From: Macrostomum lignano
Taxonomy: Eukaryota
DNA length: 64,000 nt
Assembly (NCBI GenBank): GCA_002269645.1
Contig: NIVC01002279.1
Location: 1 to 64,000 of the forward strand
Reading direction: 5' to 3'
The position numbers were made by a program, and so were the translations under genes. Below are positions 26,280 through 38,116 of the stretch, one piece after another; within the stretch, counting starts at the first letter, position 1; each line of letters starts with the position of its first letter. The notes beneath the pieces are model-generated. The model saw only the letters and a program-made list of their open reading frames with translations. It was not told the origin of the DNA and did not search any database.

Positions 26280-27372
26280 TCAAATCCTCAGTTGCTGGGC
26301 CAGCCTCCCAGATCCCAGTTGCTGGGCCAGCCTCCCAGATCCCAGTTGCTGGGCCAGCCTCCCAGATCCTCAGTTGCTGGGCCAGCCTCCCAGATCCTCA
26401 GTTGCTGGGCCTGCCTCCCAGATCCTCAGTTGCTGGGCCAGCCTCCCAGATCCTCAGTTGTTGGGCCAGCCTCCCAGATCCTCAGTTGCTGGGCCTGCCT
26501 CCCAGATCCTCAGTTGCTGGGCCAGCCTCCCAGATCCCAGTTGCTGGGCCAGCCTCCCAGATCCCAGTTGCTGGGCCAGCCTCCCAGATCCTCAGTTTCT
26601 GGGCCTGCCTCCCAGATCCTCAGTTGCTGGGCCAGCCTCCCAGATCCTCAGTTGCTGGGCCAGCCTCCCAGATCCTCAGTTGCTGGGCCTGCCTCCCAGA
26701 TCCTCAGTTGCTGGGCCAGCCTCCCAGATCCACTGTTGCTGGGCCAGCCTCCCAGATCCTCAGTTGCTAGGCCAGCCTCCCAGATCCTCAGTTGCTGGGC
26801 CAGCCTCTCAGATCCTCAGTAGCTGGGCCAGCTTCCCAGGTCCTCAGTTGCTGGGCCAGCCTTCCAGATCCTCAGTAGCTAGGCAGGCCCCAGATCCTCA
26901 GTTGCTGGGCCAGCCTCCCAGATCCTCAGTTGCTAGGCCAGCCTCCCAGATCCTCAGTTGCTGGGCCAGCCTCCCAGATCCTCAGTAGCTAGGCAGGCCC
27001 CAGATCCTCAGTTGCTGTGCCAGCCTCCCAGATCCTCAGTTGCTAGGCCTACCTCCCAGATCCTCAGTTGCTAGGCCAGCCTCCCAGATCCTCAATTGCT
27101 GAGCCAGCCTCCCAGATCCTCAGTAGCTGGGCCAGCCTCCCATATCCTCAGTTGCTAGGCCTGCCTCCCAGATCCTCAGTTGCTGTGCCAGCCTCCCAGA
27201 TCCTCAGTTGCTGGGCCAGCCTCCCAGATCGTCAGTTGCCGGGCCAGCCTCCCAGATCCTCAGTTGCTGTGCCAGCCTCCCAGATCCTCAGTTGCTGGGC
27301 CAGCCTCCCAGATCGTCAGTTGCCGGGCCAGCCTCCCAGATCCTCAGTTGCTGGGCCAGCCTCCCAGATCCT
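26280..27372. repeat. 28-bp minisatellite (CCTCCCAGATCCTCAGTTGCTGGGCCAG) running into the Notch exon 7 acceptor
   Basis: Tandem copies; the last unit grades into ctccactctcAG. Confidence 0.95.
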
Positions 27373-27382
27373 CCACTCTCAG

Positions 27383-27923
27383 TCCCTAAGACTCAAGCTC
27401 GGACTCGAACCCGCAGACGAAGCCGCAGACAGTTTCGATGCTGACCAGCCTGACCGACGGCGACAGCCCTGGCTGCGTGGCGGCGACCTCGTCGCAACCA
27501 GCGCCGTCTGACACGCCCATCCACACAGTCATCAGCGCCGGCACCTGCGTTGAAGGCCCGCCGTCGGACAAAACGGTAGAAATGATCCGCCAGCTGCTGG
27601 ACAATGGCTACTCGGCCGAGGCCCAGTCGGAGCCCTGGGGCGAGACTCCGCTCCACCTGGCCGCTCGCTACTGCCGGGTCGATGCCGTCCAGACTCTGCT
27701 GGAGTTCGGCGGCGTTGACCCGAACAGGCGTGACAGGTTCGGCCGGACGCCGCTGCACCTGGCCATCGCGTCCGGGGCTAACGGCGTCTGCCATCTGCTC
27801 ATGCGCGACCGGCGGACCGATTTGAACGCTAAAGCGCACGACGGCACCACCCCGCTGATGGTGTCAGCCAGCTATCTGGTCAAGGACGTCGAGGTGGCCG
27901 CCGCATTGACTGCGGACCCGCAG
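27383..27923 (+). CDS. Notch: Notch exon 7 (ANK1-4); 5' boundary ambiguous (27383 with frameshift, or 27417/27429 in frame)
   Basis: ORF 27438: DTPIHTVIS, ETPLHLAARYC, RTPLHLAIASG, TTPLMVSAS. CAG|GT donor at 27924 (phase 0). Confidence 0.85.
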
Positions 27924-28081
27924 GTCTGTCCTGTGCCGGGACTGAGATGTTTTATTATTGTTACTAGCAGACCCGCTTTAAACTACTGCAAGTAGGAACG
28001 ATGAAAACTGGTTTCTATTGATCAACAAGCAAAAAATATTAAGTTTCAATACCAGGTAATAATAATAATAGTAAATACCAA

Positions 28082-29470
28082 TTGATTACACCTGCCCCTA
28101 TTGGGCCAGATGTGCAACCGACAGCTCAGCCGCAGCTATTGCGCTATTGCCGTAAAGACGGTCTCTGACTGTTTTTACCCTGGCTGCCTCTCTGGTAGCT
28201 TGTCTAAGGGTTGTGCGCAATCCGATTGGCCTGGCTTCGGCTAGCCCAATTTTCTAAGGGTCCGCCCCGGATGTGCTGTGCCTATTCTAAAAAGTAAACC
28301 CTTTTTTCATTCTAATTAGCTTTTCGGCCCTCGGCCTTGGTTTAGGGGGGGGGGTGTACCTGGCGTGAGTGTGTACTCTGGACTGCAGTGTGGCTAGAAC
28401 GGGACTTGAGCCCCCCGGTCGTACCCACCCTGCAGGAAAGAATGACCATTCATAAAGGTGTACGGTTAGAGCCCAGTAGCATGCCAGCCCTGAGGCTGAG
28501 CCCCGGGTTTTTAGGGTACAGGTGCTCCTCCCATTGTTTTTATTGTTTTTATTCCCATTAATGTACGCACTGGCAGCGCCTGCCACTCCATCTTGCTTTG
28601 TCCTCGTTTCCATCTGCTAGGCTCCTCTGGAAGCTCCCTGCCTCTGTGTCTCGGCTCTCATCCTGACAGTGGACTGGCGTCCCGGGGAATGAGTTCGTCC
28701 CGAATCGGGGATACCGGCTGAATCCGGGTCCTCTTGCGCCTTGTGCCCCTTTCCCGACCCCTTGGCCTGGCCTCCAATCTGAAGCTGGATAGGTGATACC
28801 CTTGTGGCTTGCAGCCCTATAGGAGGGTTTCGTCTGGTTTTCCTCTTGATAGGAGACTCGCCCTTGGAAACAAGCCTTCCAGCCAAATCCCTAAATTCCT
28901 AACCATTGCTTTTCCGTAGACTTCTGGGGTTTCCCCGCTCTCGGACCGCTCTAAGTAGCAAACTAAGCTTTTTAAACTCTTTTTTCGCGCGCACTCTCAA
29001 AGACTTGTCTGGGTGGACTCGGTCCTAGCACCGTCCCTGATTCCACTTTTGGGTTGGCGGTGCCTTAGTCGATAGGCTTGGGTTAGTAGTAGTTCACACC
29101 CATCCCTAGCCAAGACGTTAGGGTCTAACTAAGTTTAGTGGGTATCTCGGGTGTAGGCCCCTGGAAGTGCCCATCAGCGGCAGAGCCCCTCCCAGGGCTG
29201 ATCCGCGGGTAGCCCCCGGCTTCCCACCCCGTTTAACAACAACAGCTATTGCCCGGCGCATCTGAAGGCTGCGTACGGCTGTTCAGTCCAAGGGCTGGGG
29301 GTCGCCACACACAGGCTCAATTACCCCAGCTAATGCTGGCACCCATTTTACAGCTGGGTGAACTAAAGCAGTGCAGAGTCTTGATCAAGGACACAAAATG
29401 TTCCAGTAGGATCGGGAATCGAACCCCCGACCTTCAAGTCGCGAGTCCAACGCTCATAACCAATAGGCGT
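28082..29470 (-). mobile_element. tRNA-headed SINE (family 1, copy A) split by a 1.1-kb insertion
   Basis: 28082-28151 plus 29245-29470 match the intact copies at 36668 and 38341; B-box reverse complement GGAATCGAACC. Confidence 0.85.
28152..29244. mobile_element. 1.1-kb insertion of unknown class with 9-bp TSD (GCTATTGCC) and (AAC)n end
   Basis: TSD at 28143-28151 and 29245-29253 inside the SINE; no recognisable RT or transposase ORF. Confidence 0.7.
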
Positions 29471-29744
29471 CAACAAGACCAATGGTTAAATTTTTCTTAT
29501 TTCTTATTGCAGGCGGCGCTGCCTATTGTACCTTGCGACCGCACTAATAGCAAGTTCTATATATATTACGCCGTCAAAAAATTCACTCTAAACTGAGTTG
29601 AAACTTTATAAAAAAAACAGCTTGCGCATTCTTCCTTACTACTGAACTGAAAGTAGAGAGACATTTTATTGCGGTCCAGATAATAACGCCTGCTTGGCAT
29701 AGCATGCTCGCATATTTGGCCTCTCACCGCGCAACTCTCTCCAG

Positions 29745-30422
29745 GTGGACATCAACGCTGTTGACTGTCGCGGCCGCACCGCTCTGCACTGGGCCGCTTC
29801 GGTGAACTCCGATGCCATGGTGGCGCTGCTGCTGCGCCGCGGCGCCAACCGGGACGCTCAGGACGGCGCGGAGCGGACGCCGCTGTTCCTGGCAGCCCTG
29901 GAGGGCAGCGCCGCCGCCGCCGCGCTCCTGCTCAGCGCCGGCGCAAATCCGCTTCTGGCCGACGCTACGCAGAAAACGCCGCGTCAAATGGCGCAGGAGC
30001 GACTCCACCGAGACATCGAGGCGATGCTGGCCTCGGTGGAGGCCTCGTCATCAGCCACAGCAACATCCGCTGTCGACACTGCCAAGGCGATTCTCGGCGA
30101 TCTGGAGCGCTACCCAACTCCGCCAGACGGCTCAGCAGATTCTCCGCAGCACTGCTTGCAGAAGCAGCAGCAAAAGAAGCAACATCAGCCGAGGCAGCAA
30201 CAGTTCGCCCAGTGCAGCTATAGCTCGCCGAATTACTTGACGCCCTCGCCCGACAGCGCGCCGGCCTCCTCCAGATCTGGCGCGGGCGGCAACAGTCCGC
30301 ATCCTCACCAGCTGACCTCCAGCTGCTCTTCCATGCCGCTGCCGCCGCCGCCGCCGCAGTTCTCAAATTCGTCCGAACCGTCTCTTCTAGTGCTGGACTC
30401 GATCAAGGCCGACCTTGTCTGA
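29745..30422 (+). CDS. Notch: Notch terminal exon (ANK5-7, Q-rich, PEST)
   Basis: ctctccAG acceptor. [33 protein letters not shown]; YLTPSPDS resembles the Notch1 FLTPSPES degron. TGA at 30420-30422. Confidence 0.95.
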   Translation: MDINAVDCRGRTALHWAASVNSDAMVALLLRRGANRDAQDGAERTPLFLAALEGSAAAAALLLSAGANPLLADATQKTPRQMAQERLHRDIEAMLASVEASSSATATSAVDTAKAILGDLERYPTPPDGSADSPQHCLQKQQQKKQHQPRQQQFAQCSYSSPNYLTPSPDSAPASSRSGAGGNSPHPHQLTSSCSSMPLPPPPPQFSNSSEPSLLVLDSIKADLV

Positions 30423-31439
30423 CAGGTTTCAACGTGGATTAACGTGCAGCGCTACCTGTGTAACTATAATTCGTTCCAATTGCTACTTTCTGCGCGTGCC
30501 TTGATAGCTTTGCTAAATTTTCACCCCAGCGTTTGGTCTTCCTAGTCCCTGATTAGCTAAACTGTATCGAATCTCGTCTCCTGCCCTCCGCCCCGTCGTG
30601 TCTGATTGGTTGGTCATTCTATTTTTAGAACATGAGTCATAGGGCGTCTGCGTTTAACCTTCTGCCCCTTTCTCGCGTCTGATTGGCTGGCCGAATGCCG
30701 GGGTGTCAATGGCGGCCAGAGTTTTGTAATTTTCTTACTGAAATTTCCTTGAAATTGTATTGTTTTTCTCTACGAACTCCGCCTGTGCAATACAACTGAC
30801 CCAACTGATCTGATGTAAATTATTTGATTGAAACTATATTGCACTGTTGAAACAATTCAAATATGAACTGCGCCGCAAATCTCCTTGCTTAACACTGCCC
30901 AGTTAAGCCTGTACAGAACTGCAATAACCGGCTTTACTTTCGCACGCAATCTTTTTAACCCCGTCTAACACTATTATCTTTAACACTAACTTTACAAATA
31001 TATGCTTACGATAATTTTATCCAGTACACCTGCTTGATATATTTTGCAATTTTTTTTTATTTTCCTTCTAGTTTGTAGTTTTGCACACGTTGATTTTTTT
31101 AGTTTTTTTACGGCCGATTTCTCGTTATTGAATATTAACTTATGCGCGAGTCTTGAGTCCTGCTGGTGTGCGAGCGGCTTCAACACTCTAAAGGCTTTTT
31201 CAGACGCTCGTATTTTCTTGAGTCGACGATGCAAAGACACCGTTTTTAAAATCAGAACTGCTGCAGTGTAACAGCTTAGTTACCCTTAGCCTAATTTATC
31301 GTTTAGTGCAACATGCTTCTGTTTTTATATAAATTTGCTACTGCCAGTTTTTGAAATATACTAATTTGATATCATCGCATTTTGGTACAATGATAATCTC
31401 TGCTATCAAACCGTCTTATTAACCTGCAAACATGTTATA

Positions 31440-31722
31440 CTGTAGTAGTAGTAGTAGTGGTAGTAGTAGTAGTAGTAGTGGTAGTAGTAGTAGTAGTAGT
31501 GGTAGTAGTGGTAGTAGAGGTAGTGTTAGTAGTAGTAGTAGTAGTGGTAGTAGAGGTAGTGTTAGTAGTAGTAGTAGTATTGGTAGTAGTAGTGGTAGTA
31601 GAGGTAGTGTTAGTAGTAGTAGTAGTAGTGGTAGTAGAGGTAGTGTTAGTAGTAGTAGTAGTAGTGGTAGTAGAGGTAGTGTTAGTAGTGTAGTAGTAGT
31701 AGTAGTGGTAGTAGAGGTAGTG

Positions 31723-31753
<31 letters not shown>

Positions 31754-31786
31754 TAGTAGTAGTAGTAGTGGTAGTAGAGGTAGTGT

Positions 31787-31834
<48 letters not shown>

Positions 31835-31845
31835 TAGAGGTAGTG

Positions 31846-31912
<67 letters not shown>

Positions 31913-32000
31913 TAGAGGTAGTGTTAGTAGTAGTAGTAGTAGTGGTAGTAGAGGTAGTGTTAGTAGTGTAGTAGTAGTAGTAGTGGTAGTAGAGGTAGTG

Positions 32001-32055
<55 letters not shown>

Positions 32056-32102
32056 TAGAGGTAGTGTTAGTAGTAGTAGTAGTAGTGGTAGTAGAGGTAG
32101 TG

Positions 32103-32139
<37 letters not shown>

Positions 32140-32150
32140 TAGAGGTAGTG

Positions 32151-32187
<37 letters not shown>

Positions 32188-32305
32188 TAGAGGTAGTGTT
32201 AGTAGTAGTAGTAGTAGTGGTAGTAGAGGTAGTGTTAGTAGTGTAGTAGTAGTAGTAGTGGTAGTAGTAGTAGTAGCAGCAGCAGTAATATTAGTAGTAG
32301 TAGTA
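31440..32305. repeat. ~860-bp (GTA)n microsatellite with GTG/GAG/GTT interruptions
   Basis: Directly visible; source of the poly-V/poly-S ORFs. Confidence 0.98.
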
Positions 32306-33474
32306 CGAGTAGCTGACAGCTGACCTGCGTGAGTGCACGCAGTTCATCTCGTCGGAGCTCTCCCGAACTGAGCAGAGTTTCTAATCAGAATTCTTGTAGC
32401 CAGCCGGTGCGCGGCGGTGCTCAGGATAATGTCTAGAAAAATGCGTTGCTTTTTCGCACAGTTAATCTCATTATAAATGACAGAAGAAGATAAGTTTAAG
32501 GCAGGTTTTATTAGCAGGAAAATACTACAAATAGAAGGTAGCAGCTACTCAGAAGCAATATGACAGGCCACGATGGAGCAGTGTATTTCTTCACAAAATT
32601 TGATTCGCACTGTTGCAACAAAATAGTAGTTATGCGCGTGAAAATTCAAGACAGACTTTTCTATTTAAGATACTAGAAATTTAGAAACTAACAACTAGAC
32701 TCTTTCGTGCATAGGCAAGTCAGCCTTCAATTCCAAGAAGCGAATATTCCCGTCCTTGCCGCAGTTGAACTTGAATCGTCCTTGGTGCAAAACGTGGTCC
32801 AATGAGATAGAACTGATTATTGCCACAAACAGTGCCGAGTCAAACTATTCAATCAGAATTACATTTAAGTTAGTGGAAAGCTCAGGATTTAGTAAAGCAA
32901 CAAAAATGCATTAATTAAGTATGAGTAAGCCAATTATAGTACTTGCCTACCTGCCTTTTCTCTATTCGGTTTTAGGTTAGTGATGAAAGTAGGCAATATA
33001 ATTAGAAAGAATAGAATATATCTGAATAATAAAATTACAAAGTGTACAATTTAAGAGTTTATTAATTGGTGAATGAACAATAGATGGCAAAAATTAATAG
33101 ACCAATCATGATACTAATGAGGTTGTTTGTACAAGTACACAGTAATGCATCGGGAAACTGAAGAAAGTTCGCTACATAGAACTCAGCGCATTTGCTTATA
33201 AACTACTTTCAGTTCAGTAGGTAAGTTGAAATAAAAGTGTTTTAATGTATTTAACGACAAGACACATCATTGGGCAGTCTTAACCCTTCGACTACGCATT
33301 TTCTTTGGCCAATTCTTAATGCCCCTTCCTCGGCGTCATAAATCACATTGAAAAACTGACTTAATTTTTATAAAATAGCTTACACATTCTTCCATACTAC
33401 TGAACTGAAAGTAGGGAAACTGAATATGCCAAATAAATGAATGCAAATTTTTATTATTAAATCAAGCCTGGAAG

Positions 33475-33867
33475 TCAAGTCCGCTCGCGAACTTTGGCTC
33501 TGATGTTAGTGAAGTACTTTAAACGATAGGTGAGCTCCTTAGCCAGCGAGAGATCGTTAGCGTCATCAAATGCCTTGGCCAGTTCCTCAGTAAGAGACGC
33601 CGTGTCAGCTTCCACTCGATCAGCGATGCTGCCAATGGAGCTGTGGTCGGCCTCCATCAGAGCCTCGTTGAGTTCCAGCATTTCGGACAGGAACTCCTGC
33701 GGCAGGGACAGGTCGCCGCCGTCTGCCGACCGGCCACTGCCAGTCTCCTCCGTTGGCATGGCAACGCCGCGAAGGCTGAGCAGGTAGACGGCGCGGAGCA
33801 CGGGATCGGCTAGGCAGCGGTAGGCTGAGTTCACCCGGGCGGATTGTTGCTGGGCGAGACTGCGCTC
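33475..33867 (-). CDS. HSCB: Fe-S cluster co-chaperone HscB/HSC20 exon 2
   Basis: ccccccAG acceptor. ERSLAQQQSARVNSAYRCLADPVLRAVYLL...EFLSEMLELNE...RLKYFTNI. Confidence 0.93.
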   Translation of the reverse strand, partial: ERSLAQQQSARVNSAYRCLADPVLRAVYLLSLRGVAMPTEETGSGRSADGGDLSLPQEFLSEMLELNEALMEADHSSIGSIADRVEADTASLTEELAKAFDDANDLSLAKELTYRLKYFTNIRAKVRERT

Positions 33868-33999
33868 CTGGGGGGGGCATTTGAAGGTGAGAGGACCTGA
33901 TTCTCATAGACTACTAGACTGATTGCCATAGAGACAACTGGTCATCAGGTTGGTAGTATGAAATGATTAGCCATACTAAACAGAGGTTATGCGGTTATC

Positions 34000-34150
34000 A
34001 CTATGTGAAAACCCTGATTAGATACTGGTTGCCATGGTAACCCTGATTAGATAATGGTTGCCATGGTAACCCTGATTAGATACTGGTTGCCATGGTAACC
34101 CTGATTAGATACTGGTTGCCATGGTAGCCCTACTTAGATACTGGGTGCCA
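34000..34150. repeat. 29-bp minisatellite (GATACTGGTTGCCATGGTAACCCTGATTA), HscB intron
   Basis: About 5 copies. Confidence 0.88.
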
Positions 34151-34175
34151 TGACAACAGTTGCTGCAGAACTGAC

Positions 34176-34622
34176 CTCATCACTAGCGCTGGCAAATTTA
34201 TCGGGATGCAGCTGCCACTGCAGCTGACGCATCGCGGTAGCCAATTTGGTCAAATCCACGCGATACTTCGGCTCCGCCTGCGGGCCAAACAGCAGCCGAT
34301 AGTGATCGCAACTGGAGGCCTCGTCAGGCGCTTGAATCGCGCCGCAGGCGGCACAGAACAGACCGCCCGCATCGCCGCCAGCCGGTTGAGAGCATTTCCA
34401 ACACTTGCCGCCGCCGGCAGTACAGAAGCTTCGCCGAATTGACGACGCGCCAATCGTTATCGGCGGCAACATCAAAGGCGGCGGCCGGGTATTTGATAAC
34501 ACAGATACAGCGCTAGCCGCCGACGGCAGGATAAAAGCGGCGGACAGTTTAATTGGAGACGGATTTTTAGCCGCCGAGGCCAACCGACCCAGCGCAGCCG
34601 AAGCGGCCCGCCCGGGCGTCAT
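34176..34622 (-). CDS. HSCB: Fe-S cluster co-chaperone HscB/HSC20 exon 1
   Basis: Acid-free Arg/Ser/Ala-rich N-terminus (mitochondrial presequence-like), CWKC...CAAC tetracysteine motif, J-domain HPDKF. GAG|GTCAG donor. Total CDS 840 nt (279 aa). Confidence 0.92.
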
Positions 34623-34623
34623 G

Positions 34624-34640
34624 CTGAGATCAATTAAAAT
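34624..34640 (-). promoter_or_regulatory. Unpaired 3' splice acceptor 1 nt before HscB ATG (candidate SL trans-splice site)
   Basis: Minus strand reads ttttaattgatctcAG c ATG. Confidence 0.5.
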
Positions 34641-35420
34641 GCGGCTATTATCGATACTAATCAATTATTGCTAATTGCTGAGTCATATAGTTGGCGCAAT
34701 TAAGGCTCATGAAAGATAAGAAAGGTGTTTTCAGTTACAGTAATTATAATATGATAATTGCAGGACTGCGAGCTCCTAGCGTTGAGGCAAATCTGCAGGC
34801 CATTCGCTACGCAGACAGGCTCTCATTCACACGGTGCCTAGGATTATTGTATTAAAATGTTGCAAATTGAAGACAAAATAAGAGTTAGTTCTCAGCAAAA
34901 TGTTTGTCCGCCTTAAGACGAGACAAAATTAAAGCAGTGCATTTTATTGACTAATAATTTTTTAGAATTTCTAAAGATTGCAGTATAAATAATTTGTCCT
35001 AACATTAGCACTAATAGCAGACACGCAGGCACAATTATGAATTTAGCTAACAAATCGTCTTTTTCCTCAAACATAAATTGCAACACAAGCAAGCAAGCGA
35101 CAGCCACAAAATGCCGAGCCTAATGCGCTGAATCTACAAATAAAAATCATCTACAGACAGAATAAAACAATTTCGCAGAATAAACCTTTTTCCTAACGTC
35201 CTTAGCGAAACGATCTAGCTAGTCTGTTACTTAAAGCAAGGGCTTTTGACCTCTTCGGTTTGGATTGGAAGACACGAGAAACATGAGCAAATTGCACCTT
35301 TATTTTGTACAAAAAGACTCGATTCTCGATCGCTAACCTTTATTTATTTGTTGCATTTTAATTAAAGGACGTATTAAACATCATAGCATTCTAGGCTACT
35401 GAAACGCAGTTGCTTAAGCA

Positions 35421-35783
35421 TCAGGAAGCGGACGGGGAACCGGAAGCGGAACCGGGAGCAGCATTTCCGGTCCGTTGGCGAGCCTCCTGAATTGAATAGC
35501 CGTACCGAGCGCCGTCAATGATAAAGCGATCGCAATCGGAGCGGAAAGATTTTAAAGAGGCCGGAATCCGACCGAATGGCTCCAGATCAGCGTAGCAACG
35601 ATCGAACACGCGCTCGATTGCCGCCTCGCCTTCCGGCCGGCTGATCTGACGGGCCGCCAGTACCGACATGAGCGCCTTGGATTTTACGCAGTGCTGATGC
35701 TGACCAGCGTAGTTGAACATGCCCGTGTAGCCTTCCATTTTGGCGGCGCCTAGCATGCAGTGGTTCAAGCTGGCGGCGCGGAT
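35421..35783 (-). CDS. ATP23: Mitochondrial inner membrane protease ATP23 exon 3
   Basis: cctctcAG acceptor. IRAASLNHC...CVKSKALMSV...VFDRCYADLEPFGRIP. AATAAA on - at 35339-35344. Confidence 0.92.
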   Translation of the reverse strand: MRAASLNHCMLGAAKMEGYTGMFNYAGQHQHCVKSKALMSVLAARQISRPEGEAAIERVFDRCYADLEPFGRIPASLKSFRSDCDRFIIDGARYGYSIQEARQRTGNAAPGSASGSPSAS

Positions 35784-35844
35784 CTGAGAGGGGGAGGAGG
35801 CGGCGGCTGGTTGCGAGGAGCATTTTGGAGAGTAGGTTTGTCGG

Positions 35845-36215
35845 GGGAAGACACTCCCGCATTGTCTATGGGACTAGGGTCTATAGCGGGAAGACACCCC
35901 GCATTGTCTATGGGACTAGGGTCTCTAGCGGGAAGACACCCCGCATTGTCTATGGGACTAGGGTTTCTAGCGGGAAGACACCCCGCATTGTCTATGGGAC
36001 TAGGGTCTCTAGCGGGAAGACACCCCGCATTGTCTATGGGACTAGGGTCTATAGCGGGAAGACACCCCGCATTGTCTATGGGACTAGGGTCTCTAGCGGG
36101 AAGACACCCCGCATTGTCTATGGGACTAGGGTCTCTAGCGGGAAGACACCCCGCATTGTCTATGGGACTAGGGTCTCTAGCGGGAAGACACCCCGCATTG
36201 TCTATGGGACTAGGG
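35845..36215. repeat. 42-bp minisatellite, ATP23 intron 2
   Basis: About 9 copies of GCGGGAAGACACCCCGCATTGTCTATGGGACTAGGGTCTCTA. Confidence 0.95.
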
Positions 36216-36297
36216 TCTGTTGCAAAAAGACACGCACTTTAGACTTGCGCCGTAACTGCACTTGCCACTTGCCAGAATCAAAGGCAGCAAAACCCAC

Positions 36298-36462
36298 CTC
36301 AGTACAGGCCAGCCTATCAAGCGACTCATTTGGCTCCTTAGCTTCCTCGTCGGCACCTTTGAACATGACAGCTCGACAGTCGTCGAAAGCGTGAATTAAC
36401 TCGTGTCGAAGCACGCTGCAAATGCCCGGCTTAGCCCAGAATTCGTTCTCGCAGACGGCCAC
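36298..36462 (-). CDS. ATP23: ATP23 exon 2 (HEXXH motif)
   Basis: VAVCENE...VLRHELIHAFDDCRA...LACTE; phase-0 splice sites on both sides. Confidence 0.93.
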
Positions 36463-36667
36463 CTGGAAATGAAGGTTTTTATAAAAATGTTAAAGCCCGG
36501 CTATAATTAGCTTGAATACAAGGTACACTTTAGGTTCTTTGTCAGAACCCTGGTGCCATTCGGCCATCCTAGTCCTAAAGCCTCGACGCTAAATAAAAGT
36601 CTAGGTGACAATTGACAGTTGGCATCACGAAAATTTGTGCGAGACTTTTAGGGGGTTGTACCCGAGG

Positions 36668-36930
36668 GGGTTGTAGCCTAGGAGGTTAGAGCGTCGGACT
36701 CCAGACTGAAAGGTCGAGGGTTCGATTCCCGACCCACTCGGAACAATTTGTCCTTGAACAAGGCACTTAACTCTACATTGGTTCAGTTCACTCAGCTGTA
36801 AAATGGGTGCCAGAATTAGCACTGAACAGCCGTACGCATGGCAGCCTTCAGATGCGCCGCGCAATGGCTGCGGCTGAGCTGTCGGTTGCGCATCTGGCCC
36901 AATTGAGGCAGGTGTAATCAATTATTATTG
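36668..36930 (+). mobile_element. tRNA-headed SINE (family 1, copy B)
   Basis: A-box TAGCCTAGGAGG, B-box GGTTCGATTCC, body CCTTGAACAAGGCACTTAAC...CTGTAAAATGGG, (TTA)n tail. Confidence 0.88.
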
Positions 36931-36944
36931 TTACATGTATTGAG

Positions 36945-37700
36945 ACTTTAGCGCCAATTTAGCGCCACAGGTCAGACTTAAGCGCCTCAGGTAAGACTTA
37001 AGCGCCACAGGTGAGACTTCAGCGCCAATTTAGCGCCACAGGTGAGACTCTAGCGCCAATTTAGCGCCTCAGGTGAGACTTCAGCGCCAATTTAGCGCCA
37101 CAGGTGAGACTCTAGCGCCAATTTAGCGCCACAGGTGAGACTCTAGCGCCAATTTAGCGCCACAGGTGAGACTCTAGCGCCAATTTAGCGCCACAGGTGA
37201 TACTCTAGCGCCAATTTAGCGCCACAGGTGAGACTCTAGCGCCAATTTAGCGCCACAGGTGAGACTCTAGCGCCAATTTAGCGCCACAGGTGAGACTTCA
37301 GCGCCAATTTAGCGCCTCAGGTCAGACTTTAGCGCCAATTTAGCGCCACAGGTCAGACTTTAGCGCCAATTTAGCGCCACAGGTCAGACTTAAGCGCCTC
37401 AGGTAAGACTTAAGCGCCACAGGTGAGACTTCAGCGGCTCAGCGCCAATTTAGCGCCACAGGTGAGACTTCAGCACAAATTTAGCGCCACAGGTGAGACT
37501 TTAGCGCCACAGGTGAGACTTTAGCGCCAATTTAGCGCCAGAGGTGAGACTTTAGCGCCAATTTAGCGCCACAGGTCAGACTCTAGCGCCAAAGGTCAGA
37601 CTTAAGCGCAAATTTAGCGCCACAGGTGAGACTTTAGCGCCAATTTAGCGCTACAGGTGAGACTTTAGCGCCACAGGTGACTTAAGCGCCGATTTAATGC
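36945..37700. repeat. 31-bp minisatellite (TTAGCGCCACAGGTGAGACTCTAGCGCCAAT), ATP23 intron 1
   Basis: Tandem copies. Confidence 0.94.
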
Positions 37701-37775
37701 CGCAGGTGTGATTTTTTCCGGTCAGGGAACATTCAGGGAAGTAATTCAGACAAGTAAACACACAAACTACTCAAC

Positions 37776-38114
37776 CTGTTTCCTCATAGGATCGTAGCCG
37801 CCGCTAAAGCTGAACCGGCACCGTTCGCAGGAGACATTTCTCGACAGTGTAAAACTGCAGCCGCGACTTCGAATAGCCACAATTAAGTAGCGAATAAACG
37901 GATCCGTCATCGAGCAGTCCAGCACGTTTTTTAAGCATCGATTGTGGCGCCAGGCGCGAAAGCCGATAAACCTGGCCGGCGCTTTGTAATCGGCGCCAGG
38001 GTCGCGTTTGGGGAACACGGAGTAGCCGTAATCTTCAGACGATGGGGCCGACTTGGACGCTGATGATTCATCCGCTGCTGTTGACGCCGAAGACGGCTGA
38101 CGCTCTGAAGGCAT
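37776..38114 (-). CDS. ATP23: ATP23 exon 1
   Basis: ...RCLKNVLDCSMTDPFIRYLIVAIRSRGC...CERCRFSFSGGYDPMRKQ; CAG|GT donor. Total CDS 867 nt (288 aa). Confidence 0.9.
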
Positions 38115-38116
38115 CG

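Noticed and set aside
34623-34664. HscB start at 34664 as given by the ORF track
   Set aside because: It is an alternative (non-ATG) start, and an acceptor-like AG lies right before the ATG at 34622, which gives a plausible presequence.
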